Assembly: GCA_965153285.1 (NCBI GenBank) | Contig: OZ229111.1 | Direction: 5' to 3' (one strand) | DNA: 64,000 nt | From: Podarcis tiliguerta | Lineage: Eukaryota | Shown here: positions 11,359-24,650 of the stretch, one piece after another | How positions within the stretch are numbered: position 1 is the stretch's first letter | Layout: the number at the start of each line of letters is the position of its first letter | Notes under the pieces: model-generated | Told to the model about the DNA's origin: nothing | Seen by the model: only the letters and a program-made list of their open reading frames with translations | Databases searched by the model: none | Translations under genes and position numbers: made by a program

Positions 11359-13059
11359 GGAGACAATGGAAAGGCAAAAACAGTGCAGGTTGTCATACAT
11401 TTTAGTTGTCCCATGCACAGCAACCTCATGTACAAGGTCCAAGTGCTATTGGCCCCGAGGACTGGGAAGAAGGAAGCATCAAGCCATGGGCAGGGACCAT
11501 GACATGTCTATGTTCTGTTTAGCAGCTAATTCCTTGTTGGCAATGGCGTTAAACAGCAAAAGAATCCATGCCAGGCTTGCTTAGGGATCCCAAAACTTCT
11601 GACAGCTTGGGCACACTTTTTTGTTTCTTTTGTTATGAGTGAATTACAGCTGCAGGCATGTTTCAATCTTATCCCCCAAAAAAGGTTCATTTGAGAGTGT
11701 ACAAGAGCTCTGGATTTGGCTGTGCTTCCTCTGAAGGGCTGTTAATTCTGGCACATCTCTGCATCAGGAGCAACTAAATGATCCAACTACACCCAACGCA
11801 GACATGCAGCAAAGTTACCCACCCCCAGGAAAAGCTGAGTGGGAGACATAGAGGCTGAAGCCGTGAATCACTGAGAGATGCAGCAGGCTCCTCAGTGGGC
11901 AGGCAATTTCAGCTTGTGTGAGACTTTTATTTGATGATTACGTATGTTTTGGTTGTAGACGTTTTGGTCATTAAATCACTTCAATATGTTTCATGGGAAA
12001 GCGATTCATAAATAAATATATTGTCTATTTCTCACTGTACAGTAGCAGTTCATTTGTACGCAGCATAGCATATTTGGAGACTTCTACATACTAAGTGTGT
12101 GGTACCTAGTACTGTAGACATCTGCACATGTGGGTAGCAGCCCAGATTGGCAACCGCATATCAACAGTGCTCTATGCAAGTTTTAATGTTCTCTATTTCC
12201 CAGAGGTGCTGGGATGTGGGGGGTGTTTCGTAAGGGAAGGTGTCACACCCATCACTCATGAAGATTGGCCTTGAACACTGAGAAATAAGGATGAGGAGAG
12301 GAGAGGGGCCTTGTCTGCCCATGTAGCTTCTGGGTGGGAATTGAATGGGCATTTGCTGTCAATTCTCCTGCTGTTTTCCAGCAGCTTGGCACCATTACGC
12401 ATGACACTTGCCACGCACACAACAACAGTGTCACACATAATGATATACCATCACAGGAAGAGCTCGGCCTGAGAAGCGGGCTGTGATGCCAGCTCTGACA
12501 GCTCTCGGCACACTCAGGAGCTGAAGCTTGCCATGGTATTTGCAAAGATCACATCTCTCCCTGGAAATATCACATTGTGACACAAATGCCAATATACACT
12601 GGTGCTGACAAAAACAAGCAGAGGAAGAGCAACATCCTCCTTGTCCTTCAGGAAATAATTTGAAATCTGGGATGTTCGTGATCATTCAGTTCACGTCACT
12701 CTTACACTTTCAAGAGAGAATATGGAAGGCGGGAGGAGGAGGGATGAGAAGGAAATGTCCCTCAACAGTTTCACTGAGATCTTCTGGAACAGAAGGGCCC
12801 ACATAAAAAAATGTTTTGCACCCTCCAAAAAACCACTCCTGGGGGTCAAGGAACCTTCTGGAACTGCAGAGGGACTGGGGAAACTGGGATATTCAGGTTG
12901 GGGGTGAGGTACGGTGTGCAAGTTGAAGTGCCTTTCTGCTCACACAATATGCCTTTGAATCCAAGCAATTATATATTGCTACTGGGAATCCATTAGGACT
13001 GACGCAGATTGACATGTTTTATGAGATTGCCCAGTGGAGGCAAGTTCCTGGGATTTGAT

Positions 13060-13520
13060 GAGAGGGGAAGACATAGAAAAGAACCAAAAATCATTCTGAG
13101 GAGACTAATGAAGGAAGTAAATGTAAAAGGAAGAATGTTTTGATGGATTCCCTAGTAGCTGCTAAAAATGTTTATGCTACACACTGGAAAGTAAATACAA
13201 CACCAGATTTGAATGAGTGGTTATTTAATGTCTGGCATGTCACACTGAAATGGAAAAACTGACTTGTATTCAGCAGGCTAGGGGGAAAGGCAGGGAATGT
13301 GATTTTTCAGGATTTATGGAACATTGGTCAAAGGCTATAGTATTAGAAAGGGAAATCTGGATAGATTTCTGAGCATTTTTTTAAAAAGTTTAGTGTTTGT
13401 TTTCTATGGTGTCTTTCTTATCTAAACAGTTGGGTGGGAGTAGGATCACAACTGATGTTATTTGAAGCACTAAAGTTTGTGTCATATGCTATGTTTATCA
13501 TGTTATACTGATTTTTTTAA
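13060..13520 (+). mobile_element. Degenerate L1/Tx1-type LINE 3' fragment
   Basis: Remnant reading LVAAKNVYATHWKVNTTPDLNEWLFNVW matches the L1 ORF2 C-terminal AAxxxxAxxWKxxxxPxxxEW pattern, followed by a T-rich UTR. Confidence 0.55.
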
Positions 13521-13603
13521 AACTAGTATTTTAAAAGGTTGGTGAAGCGAAACCTTCTCTTTACACGAATAACACTGGTTTCCATTAGCAAGGGTTGTCC
13601 TCC

Positions 13604-13872
13604 TAAATAAATAAATAAATAAATAATTTATACCCCGCCCATCTGGCTGCGTTTGCCCAGCCACTCTGGACGGCTTCCAACAGAATAGTAAAAACATGAT
13701 AAAAGATCAAACATTAAAAACTTCCCTAAACTTCAGATGTCTTCTAAAAGTCAGATAGTTGTTTATTTCCTTGACATCTGATGGGAGGATGTTCCACAGG
13801 GCCTGGTTCCTTGTAACCTGACTTCTCGCAGAGAGGGAACCACCAGAAAGCCCTCGGAGCAGGACCTCAGTG
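13604..13872 (-). mobile_element. L2 LINE 3' end (relatively young, internally deleted)
   Basis: (AAAT)n then TTTATACCCCGCCCATCTGGCTG..CCCAGCCACTCTGGACGGCTTCCAAC..CTTGACATCTGATGGGAG, the characteristic lizard L2 3' terminus in reverse. Confidence 0.8.
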
Positions 13873-15753
13873 TTTTAATAGTTCATGTTTTAATAGTTCT
13901 AGCTTGAATAATGCTTTCAACCAACAGGCCTGAGCTAGGCATACTAAGCAATGGTAGCCTTCCCCATACCTGAATCCATGACTTTTATAAGGCACTGTCT
14001 CTTGAGACAGATGGATGCCAACAATTTATTGTATCTAGGAAATTTGCCTTTCCCCTCAACCTGGGATGTATATTTATCTAGCAAGTGTGACAACAGGTGA
14101 AGTCACCAGTGGTAACCAAATTCTCTATCACCACCTCAGATATAGTAATTACTTTTGTCTTTCCACCTACAGCAGTTCTGTGAAGACATTTTCTAGGGTA
14201 GTAGACTAGAATATAGATCAATTCCACTCCCAATGGCTAGTTCCATATTGAACAGACCTTATTTTAGGGCTTTGTTTTAATCAAAACTATTTTTTTATAC
14301 ATTTGTGAATTATGCCTTTTCTCTTTTTGCCAGGAACTGTTTATCCTCACAATTTTTCTATATACAGCTTCCTGCACATATAACCAAACTGTCCTTTGTG
14401 AGGTCTTCCATACTTGGAATGCCGTCTAATAATCCTTTGCATGACTGATTCTCCAGAAATACTGTATATTGGATTAAAGAGGAAACGACTCCTTTAAAAT
14501 CTGCAGGCTCAATTCTATTCTAAAGGTCTGTTGAAGTTTTAAAAATGCCACCAAGATTGATTTCAGCCCTAAACACTCTCTTGACATCTTAGTATCAGTA
14601 CAATCTAAGTCTGTGTTAAATCATGAGGCAGCTACTTTAAATAGAAAGCTTAGTGCTCTTTTGCAAATTGATCAAGCGACAATAAATGTGTTGCTTTTTC
14701 ACTGCCACTAAGAACGTCTGAACTGATCCAGCTACACAGCATGACCAGGCTTTAAACCTTTATTAATCCTACTTACATAACTTGCTTACAGAACAGTCAG
14801 CTTGCAACAGGTGATAGTTTGAAATGCATCCAACTGATGATGCTCAAAAAGCACTGGGCTTTGAACCTTAGCGGAAAGAAGATTTTATTTTTAGCCTGGC
14901 ATTAAACTGCAAAGATCATTCACTGTACCTATCCAAGGCTACATTCACATGGACAAAAGCAAAGAGCTACAGATATTGCTGTAGGGTTATTTAGGGTTAT
15001 TTGGGAATGACTGGTTTCTGTTTCATTTGTATTCTATGCTCATTCACCACTTTTTCCCCCAGTGAAAGGGGATTGTGCTTAGTGAAATTAAATGACACTA
15101 TCCTGGAGGTTTGATTTCTAAAGAAGAAATGATGGTGAACAGAAGAATCCCAGGAATGAATATAGGTAACTCCCTCAGCTGCGATGGGTGGGTGTCTCTC
15201 TAACCCAATAACTTTGTAGAATTCATGCACAGTGCCGTTTCCTGGGCTGACCTCCCATCCATGCATTACACACAGGGGAATACAAGTATAGAGCCCAACA
15301 TGTGTGTGCTCAGTCCATGCAATCATTGAATGCCTCTCATGCTCTACACCAAGGACGGGAAGCCTATGGCCCTCCAAATATTACTGATCAATGGCTACTG
15401 AAGTCAAACAACATCTGGACAGCCACAGGTTCCCTATTCCTGTTCTGTGCATTAGAACTGCAATGTTACGGGGCTTCTATGACAAAACAAGTGGAGATAA
15501 GGTGTGTTAAGCATCTGTTAAACAAAAGCTAAAAGCACTTGCTGGTGAGAATAATGCCAAAGAGCTTGTTCAAGTAGAGCGGTAAAAGCCTATGGAATAC
15601 AGTAGCTCTGATACTGATGCAAGTGCAGACTGCATGCGGTTGGGGAAGGCTTTGAACATTTCACATATGATATTGTACCAAGATAACTGAAACTTCAGGT
15701 TTTAAGCATTGGTGGCTTGCAGAGAGCTGTGCATGCACAAGTCTTGTGGGGTG

Positions 15754-15755
<2 letters not shown>

Positions 15756-15786
<31 letters not shown>
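15756..15786. repeat. (GT)n microsatellite
   Basis: About 15 consecutive GT units, seen directly. Confidence 0.95.
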
Positions 15787-15788
<2 letters not shown>

Positions 15789-17041
15789 TCCCTGAGGGCT
15801 TCTGTTCAAAATTATCACTTCGCAGAAGAGAATTTGAAATGAAGCTCTGCTGAAGTTAGAGGTGAGACACTTTCCAATGGTGAGAAATAAATCTTCACCC
15901 AGTCTCGTAATCACCTGTCTAATGCTGATAATGGCTACAAGCACCTAAAAACCTGAGGTACAGAGTAACTACATTTAACTCTTAACTTTCTACATGTTGT
16001 TCTATGGTAGAGATAAAAAACATTATCAAAGAAGAGAAGATGCGGACTTAACATCATAGTTCTGGCAGTCAGCCCTGAGGGGCTACTTTAGTTGCAAACA
16101 CTGACTTATGCTGCTGCAGCTAAACTTAGCATCCTGAGCACTACAAGTGAGACCGAGCCGTGCAATGATTTCTGAATTACCAAGGGAAAGACAGCGACAA
16201 TCCAGAGTCTGTTCCTGTGTGAATGTTACAGAACTGCTCCAACAGTACCTGTGACCCGGGGAAGGGGCTGCTGGCAACCTCATCATGACTTGAGTATGCC
16301 TCTTGCATGGCCTAAAGCTCAGCAATTGCATGTTTATGCCAGTTCTGGGATGGTGACAATAACAAATTCCATGAGTTGCATTTGTGCAGTGCCTAGAATG
16401 GGTCAGGCTGTCAGTCACTCTCACTGGTAAATTACAGCCTTTGACTTTTCTTAAAATGACAATGAACTGGGACTTGTGTAATGCCTAGCAATACCATTTT
16501 TAAAAGAAAGTCTGTTTATGTTTTAACTTAAGGTTACGCCCACCTCATTAATAGGTTGTTCTCCAAAACCATCCTCTCAGTTCTTTGATAGCTCCTCGTT
16601 TTGTTAATCACACGCTTCCCACAAGCTGTTCCCATAGCCCCCTCTGACCTGCCTGATTAAAGATCCTGCACAGCTTCATTCTTAAAGTCTGCTCTGAATG
16701 CATCAACATCTGAAGGAAGGCGGACGCAAGTTGTATTTAGCTCATGTTTCCTGGAGCCAATTCTTACGTTGCTGTTGCATCATGAAGACCTCTTAAAATT
16801 GCATTTGAACTGTGAAAGCTTATGCCACAGCAAGCTTATTTGTTGTTGTTGTTTCACATTGTGAGTTACCAATTCAACAGCTGCAATGTGTAGAATAGAT
16901 GGATTGCCAAGTGGACCACCTTGATCACATGAGAGCATTTCCACACCAACATCAACTTCCATCAAGAACATCTGATCCAACATGGAGGCACAATGAGTCT
17001 AGTTCACACTGCAAGATTGCTTTATACCAGAGTTAAGGAAG

Positions 17042-17152
17042 CAGTGGCTTTCCAGATGTTACTGGACTAAAAGCCCCACCATCCCTGACTCTTCTGGCAG
17101 GGAGTGATGGGAGTTAAAGAGTCTAACAACATCTGGAGGGACACATCTGGCT
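17042..17152. mobile_element. Degenerate palindromic hAT MITE (same family as 62454)
   Basis: CCAGATGTT.CTGGACTA..CCCACCATCCCTG..GATGGGAGTT..AACAACATCTGG. A further decayed copy lies at about 19701-19841. Confidence 0.55.
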
Positions 17153-19380
17153 GCACCCATTTCATATATTACAGCTACCATGCAGAGCTGGCATCACACA
17201 TACACTGTTTTGGACAATTTCCCACATGACAAGTGTAACCTGCACATCAGTCAAAAGTTGCATGCCTTCAATGCCCCCCGAATCTTACACCAGGCTTCAC
17301 CAATCTGTTGCCCTCCATATGCTTTGGACCATAACTGTTCATCAGCCCTATGGGAGTTCTAGATAAAAACTTCTGGTAGTGAAGGCTGACTTACACACAC
17401 TTTGCAACAGAAGTGCAGTTCACGATCTAGAACAAAAACATTTCACTGCTGTAAAACTAGAAAATCAGTCACATTCATGATGTCTCAGTCCTCTGATGTA
17501 AAATGTGGGGGAAGGTTTTGAAACAGAGAAATCCAATGCCCATCCTGTAGTTTGGGTGTGTATAAATCCATTTATATCAACGGATAAAAAATTCACACAA
17601 AGAAAAGAACATAATGTGTAACACGGCTTCAAGCGAGGAATCTCTGTGTGTATACTGGAGTCCTACACGCATACGAAATCGCTAGATTGGGGCAAAACAT
17701 GTCAAAAACGGTTTATTTGTCTCAGTGTTTCTTTTCCATATGTTACACCACAGGATAGAGTTTGGGTATTATGGCTGGCTATTAATAGCTTAATTAAGGC
17801 ATCAGCCTCTCATCTAACAGCAATAATTCACAGTGCCTAATTTACAAATGTACACGAATCAAGCCTCTTGACACACTCTTAAAATAAATATCACAGTGTC
17901 CATTTGATAGCTGAGAACGTAAGTAATTGAACCGCTAGTCATAAAATGGTTAGAACTAAAAACAGCCCTTGTCTCCAAACTACCAGAATCCCGCTGTAGT
18001 CGTTTATATTGCAAACACAGCAGAAGGCTTCCAATGTTGACACAAAGCTGATGGGAGGCTACAAAAAAGGAAAGTATTTTTTCATTTCCAAGAAAGTCTC
18101 CTGAAGTGTGCAAAATTTCACAATGTCCATGTAATAGGTGTAAAGCTGTTCCCATTAGCCCGGGGGGGGGGGGGGGGAGCCACTACCAAGACCGTACATT
18201 GAGAGTAATGGATTCTGTTAAGTGCTGAGCCGGCCTCTCTGTAGCATTACTGTGTGGGTTAGCTTCTCTGCTGTTGCTCAGACAGGAGGGAAACTAGGGG
18301 CCAGATCCTGGTTATTCGTACACCAGTCTGAATACATGTCAGATCAACATGTATTTCATAGGAGGCCTTCCAGGTCCTGCAGATTCACAGCCTGAATTGA
18401 TGCAGTTGGCTCTATTGGAACACCTTTAAGCTGGAACATATGGGTCCTTGCCCCTGCTTTGCCCATTTCTGACCCATGAAACAGCTTTGCACAGCAACAT
18501 TACATTGCATCTGGTGGCTCTTGCCAGTGCAACAGGCAGGTTTCCACTTTCCTCCTATGTCCCAAAGCTGTCTTGGATTACCAGCTTTGCACCACTGGTT
18601 CAACAGTGTATTAAGGCAGTGCATTACACCTGATGCTGAACACATGTACAGGAGGCAGTATGTGGCTCCGAGAACTGATTGGGCTGCACGTTTCTTCTTA
18701 CTAACAGTGGATATTTGGGTGTGTTTTTTTTAAATGCTTGGATTCCCCAATTTTGACTTGAGCAACACATTTACACCTGTGTGTTGTGAGTGTGAAGTCC
18801 TAAATGGAGAGGGCAACCTTTTAAATATATTAACTTAGATATCTATGGCATTTATTTTACCATAGAAGCCTTGCTGTTGTGGAGCTGTGCTGCGAGAGCC
18901 TCATAGGCCCATTGCCAAAAACAAGCCCCACCCCTCCTCTCCAGCTCCAAAGAGGAAAGCTGAGGCTTGTTGCCTGGCAGTGGGCTGATGCCAAAATATA
19001 CTTCAAGTTTCCTTGAAATCTAAAACCGAACATTATCCCAGGGATATTGTGTTCCTTGCTATCACCTATGAATAGGGCATCAGAGACCCTAGGAACATAT
19101 AAACGACTACCTTTCCCCAAAGTTATTTTTTTGGAGGGGTCCAGCACTATAATATACAGCACCATTGTGAAACCACTTAAGGCTTAAAAAAAAAAGCCAT
19201 CACAGTGAATACTGCCTGCTATAAATATGTTAACAATGGAAATAAAAGAGAGGCATAAAAGGCAGGCTAATGTACTATGGTTCAGGTGTGAAACATCATC
19301 TGGAGACAGGAAGGATGGATAGTTAGGTCAAGGGTGCTCACCAGAGGCCCAAATTCTTTTTATTATCATCATCAGTCATC

Positions 19381-19512
19381 TCTATAGCATTTTCAGCATG
19401 TGAGGTGCTATACAACTATTATTTCATTCACCCTCACACTAATACCATGAGGTAGATCACTGTTATTCCCATTTTAATTATGGGTGAGAAATTAATGGGT
19501 CTAAGGCCACCC
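19381..19512 (-). mobile_element. MIR/CORE-SINE fragment
   Basis: CCTCACA..ACC.TGAGGTAG..TGTTATTCCCATTTTA..CTAAGGCCAC is the MIR core in reverse orientation. Confidence 0.55.
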
Positions 19513-22500
19513 TTGTCTGCCACATATTCTGTAATAAATGTCCTCTTTCACTGCTCCTTCTCTCTATGATCCTTTCCCTCTATTCTGCCCATGTTCTAGG
19601 CTAGCGGAAGGTTCTATGAGAGTGCAATTCTTTCATGGTATCGCTTTTTAGGCAGGATACTGCAAATTTGTTCTCTCACTTATTAAAATGTTGTCTAGCT
19701 CAGAAATGGAGGTCCTGTGGCCCTCTATGTGTTGGGGGACTTCAACTCCCACCAGCACCAGCTGGCATGGCTAATAGAATCAAGAGACAATTGGAGTTGT
19801 AGTCCAACAACATACAGAGGGCAGGATGCTACCCATTCCTGGTCTGCCTCAAGTGTTATGGTGGAAGTGGGGAAAGCCAAGATTTGTGTGTTTTCCCCAG
19901 CCCTCTTAATTACATTTGGTGAGGCAAAAGTCGGCCTTGTAAGTTCTGAGGCAGTTATGGAATGAGTCATAGATTCAGATGTAAGTTATGTTATCGCTGT
20001 TTTCGAAAAAGAGGCTTGCTGTTATGACCAATCACTTTTGGCACTTTTGAAGAAGGCCTGTGCAGAATCTGGAATTTATCTTCTAACAAGATCTTGCATG
20101 TGCGTTTTTAAAATATGTTGAGCACCAATTCACGTAAATGTACGCAAAGTATAAACTTCCCTAGTACCACACAAGCCTCAAAGGATAAGGAGAGATTAAA
20201 ACCTGGCAACACAACTATGGTGGCCATGAAAGACTCCTACCCAGGGCTTCGCATGACTTGCTGAAATTCCCTCTTCTATACAACTCTATAAAGAGGCAGG
20301 AACCCTCTCTCCTTTTACATCTGGCCAGCATGAAAATTCCCATTGACCAACAGCATTCTGGTGGCATAGAGCTATCAGGTTACAATGCAGTCACAACTGA
20401 GATCAGAAACATGATGCAGACATGCATACTCCATACCCCTCTTCTTTCCTCCTCCCACACATTAATTCTATAGTTTGCTTTAACTTTATAACCAGATTCA
20501 CTCATAACCAGGGTTTGCATATCCGTTTCAAACTCTGGTTTCAAATTCTGAGTATAAGGTCAATCCTAGTCAGTGATTACCACTGCTAGGGCTGATGCAA
20601 ATATAACCCTACACAGTGACTTAAAGAAGATCAATAGCAAACAATAAACAGGCAGCATCCAACTCAAGCTTCCCATCAGTGCAAGGATTTACACTTGTGC
20701 AATGGCGCTTCCCCCTCTCCTCCCCCTGTGTCCTCCCCAAATCTGCTCTGGAACTTCAGAAGGCATGCAGAGGAAGGATGTTCTGTTATACAAGTGTAAA
20801 CACTTGTGCTAGCAAGACACATTACTTAGATATTGTCCAGTGTCAGGAATGTACATAATATCTAAAATGGGCCAACAAACTAGTTGGTGAAAGCCCCAGC
20901 AAAAGAAATGTGTTTTAAGAGTCTCCTGTGAGGGCCTCCTGCCTAGCAGGAGAGAAAGTGTTTCAATGAGTGGGTGCCACTACAGAAAAGGCCCATCCAT
21001 GTTGTCAGCAAGAAAAATATTATAAAAAGCTTCCTAATAACAAAGCTTCCTCCACTGATCTTAACATCCTAGCAGGTCTGAGTAACAGAAGGCAATCCTT
21101 TAGCTATCCCAGTCCCTAAATCTTGAAAATAACTTGGTAGCTAATAGGCATTATTATTTGTCATGGTGTAAATGGTGAATTATGGACAGAGAGAGATACA
21201 GAAGTTGAAATCCTTGCCACGTAATGCCTTAAAAGCATGCCTTTCCATCCTTAAAAATGATGTTCAGTCTGGGCCAACAGGAGGCGCCGAGTGTACCTAC
21301 TGTAAGTGAAACACCCATTGCAGATTTGGTCTCACAGCTGCAATTTTGCCTCATATCTTAGCTGCTTCTGTTGGTATTGGGGTGGGGTGGAAAATAGGAA
21401 TGTTCCAGGTTCAGAATTAAAAAGATGGGGATTGAATGTGAAGCACCAAGAGTGAACATCAAAAAGCCCAGGATGAGTGTTCTTAAGTTTAAAGGAGGGA
21501 ACAATATGAATGAAACCAACTTTATGTCGAGATAAGCCTGCCACTAAGAGAACAAGATAACACTTTTGAACTTTAAAGGCTCTGCATGGTATATACAGGG
21601 AGATAAGAGAACAGAAAGAATTGATCATAACCATTGGAGGGGGTAGAAAATGTCACAGGAACTGAGTCACTCATCCCTATGTACGGAGGGAATCTTTTCA
21701 AACAGGCTAGAAAGTGGGCAGGGGATAAATACACTGAAAGGGGAAACCATTAAAAGAATAAATGCATTCAACCTAAAGGTGACTAAGTAAAATACAATAA
21801 TATATGGGAAATCATTTCTCTATTAAAATTGGGAAATTTTGTTTTTAGATTTGAAGCATCTACCTAGAGCCCAATTGCTAGGCTTGGTTCCCTCCTCCCC
21901 TACCCCAGGCAAAGATAATTGATTGTTCAAAAGTTTTTTTAAAAAAATGTTCGATGGGCATACTGTTATTGCTGTTGTTTAAAAAAAGCCCCACATCTCT
22001 GTCATTACCATGGAAGAGAAGAGCCACATGGCTGCTTATCCCACATGTTCATATGTGGAAAGGTTTGTACCTGCAAAAATTAAGCAAATAGCCAGGAGAT
22101 GCTCCTTCACTATTGCAGTCTGGTATGCTGATTATATATTTTTCCCCCTTTGAAGCCGTTTGAAGTTCGTGCCAGAGGTGGGAGTAACAAGACGAACTGA
22201 AAGGCAGAGATGAGTCATCTCAAGATGATGTTAATAAGTGATGTTAGAACAGGAAACCTCTGAGAGCTCCTCTCAGGGTGTGCAGCAAACCACCCTATTA
22301 AAAGCTTTCATTTACAGCCAGAGGCACTGGAGGGCTCCTCACTCTGGAAGCAGATATGTCTGAAAATGTAAAGCCTGCACTAGAGGTACAAGATCCATTT
22401 GTTCATGCACAGTTCAGCTGCATTCATCTGAAAGGCCCAGATGGAGGACATCAAAGATATTCAGATAAAGTTTAAATGCATGGTGGACACGGGCATGCCC

Positions 22501-24084
22501 TGAAACGATGGATATGTAAATTTGGAAAGCAAGAGAACAAGACACCGAAGGCCCACTTCAAACACGCAGGCGAACAACATCAAACTATGACTTTTATCAC
22601 AGACTGTGAAGGAACTGGGCTTTACTGTCCTGGAGTGCTTGTATATAAAATGAGAATGCTTGTTTTTACCTGTCTGCTGATTGGGTGGCATAGGGTTAAG
22701 CTGGAGTCCTAAGCGGGTGCCACCCCAGGCTCATCAAACATTAAGGCAGTGAAATGTGTGGGATGGTACATCCCAGTCTGAGGGTGAGAAAATGAAAAGC
22801 TCTAAACATTCCTTGAGCAGAGATCCCAAGGGAAGGAGCTTATGCTGGCAATTCAACCTGAGACCCTCTATGTGCAAAGCAGAGCTATTGCTTGTCCCAC
22901 GGGAAATTGCATTCCCACGATTCCTGGTGGCATATGAATGACAAGGGAGGTCTATTAAAACAGATAGACAGCCAGGAGGCAAGTAGTTCAAGGCCGAATT
23001 CAGCATGATAAGGAAGGAAGGCTGCCACGAAAGAGTAACTTTCTGCTGAGTAAGTTCTGGTGCCTTTTAGGGACTGTGCAGCCCAGAGGTAGTGGATGCG
23101 TTTCTGTAATTTATGCCTATCTTTTTCCTGAAAACACTTATATTTAAGTATGTTTAAGGAAGGGAAGGTCTTGATGGAAAGGTTTAGCGGGTAACTCAAT
23201 CTACACTGTAATTCTGTTCCATGGGTTCAGTTCACACATTCAACTGCCCCATTCAGCTGTGCTGCTTGCATGCAAAGGCTACACACAAGCAGCACAGGCG
23301 TCTCCAAGCATGGTAAACTCTACAGACACTCTGCATTGCTAAGCCAGCCACTTTCTATGAGCTGGAGCAGAGGCACTCCTCTACTTGCTGAGCCTTGCCA
23401 CATCATACAGGGACCTGCAAAATTGGGCGTCTAAATCATGGTACAGCCTCCACTAGTAGATGAGGCTCCCCACTTTGGACTTTGCCCTCCAACTTGTCGG
23501 TGGCGATGGGCACAGTTACATAGGGGTGGGATGAAGTTCAGCACCTTCGTCATCAAGTACCCTGCTTGTATTTAGTTTTAAGTGCTAAGTGGCACACATG
23601 AATGGGGCTGTAGACAGAAATTCAGACAGAAATTTAAATACCCTGAATTCAAGGTGTTAAAGGGAAGTAGTCTATTGAGCTGGTTGGAAAGCACACAATA
23701 CAAGGGAAATAAATAAACAATGCACTCAACTGAGAGGAGGCAAAACCTAAATGTATTTCAGACCAGATGTGTCAAAAATATCATTTGGTTACAATCTACC
23801 ATCAGTTCACCTCAGCCCACACAGCAAAAGCCTCTCTTTTAGACACAACATTGAACACTAATTCCATCGGTTGGCATTTGCTCCTATGTTGTAATTTGTC
23901 ATTCATAGCTTTTGTAATATGATATATCTGGAGAATAAGTGTCATATAGCAGCTAGGATGCTATAATTGGACCGGAATGACCTGGGTTCAAAATATTATT
24001 GGTCATGAATCTCACTGTTGATCTTGGCATAGTCGTGTCTCACCAGGGCTGCGGCAAGGATAACATGGGAGTGACATCTGTGTA

Positions 24085-24650
24085 TTTATTTATTTATTTT
24101 AAAATGTTTACCCAGCCTTTTGAGCAGAGTCCTCCAGACAGCTTACAACAAAAGTTTTGAAAAAACAAGCAAACATAAAATACATCAAAACAAACAAAAA
24201 ATACATCAATAAAACCAATAGCAGCAGCACAGTAACATTCTTGATTTTTCAGTCTGGGAAAGCTCAGCTGGTAGAGCACGAGGCTCTTAAACTCGGGGTC
24301 ATGGGTTCAAGTTCCACGTTGGACAAAAGATTCCTGCATTGCAGGGGGTTGGACTAGATGATCCTCGTGGTCTCCTCTAATTCTACAAGTCTATGATTCT
24401 ATTATTATTATTTGCCACTAAAAGCCTGGGAAAATAAAATCATTTTAGCTAGCACACTATCATCATCAAAGGGACTGTCAGGTTGGTAGGGAATTCTATA
24501 AATAGGGTGTAGAAAAGGGGAATGATCCTGCTCCTGGCAGCTGCTCACCTAACCTCAGAAGGTGGGGCTACTCAGAGCTAGGTGCCTGATGAGAATATTA
24601 ACATTTGAGGCAAATTCATATGAGAGCAGCTGGCCCTGCCTCAAGGTATC
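24085..24650 (-). mobile_element. Old L2 3' fragment interrupted by a SINE
   Basis: (ATTT)n tail plus TTTACCCAGCCTTT..CAGCTTACAAC. L2-like sequence (AAAGCCTGGG.., CACCTAACCTCAGAAGGTGGGG) resumes after 24420. Confidence 0.5.
24255..24401 (+). mobile_element. tRNA-Lys(CTT)-derived SINE with CR1-type 3' tail
   Basis: The head AGCTCAGCTGGTAGAGCACGAGGCTCTTAAACTCGGGGTCATGGGTTCAAGTTCCACGTTGG aligns to tRNA-Lys-CTT, with A and B boxes. The tail GGGTTGGACTAGATGA..TCTATGATTCTA is the CR1 3' terminus. Confidence 0.8.

Noticed and set aside
18162-18177. G16 run (also G-runs at 222-240 and about 63573-63584) as functional G-quadruplexes
   Set aside because: Homopolymer G/C runs are common throughout this window and nothing in the context indicates function.
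23257-23297. Hairpin CTGTGCTGCTTG..CAAGCAGCACAG as a pre-miRNA
   Set aside because: The 12-bp stem is too short for a Drosha substrate and no known mature miRNA is recognisable.
24255-24330. Functional tRNA-Lys(CTT) gene
   Set aside because: The acceptor stem is missing, the anticodon stem is mismatched, and the sequence continues into a CR1 tail, so it is a SINE head.
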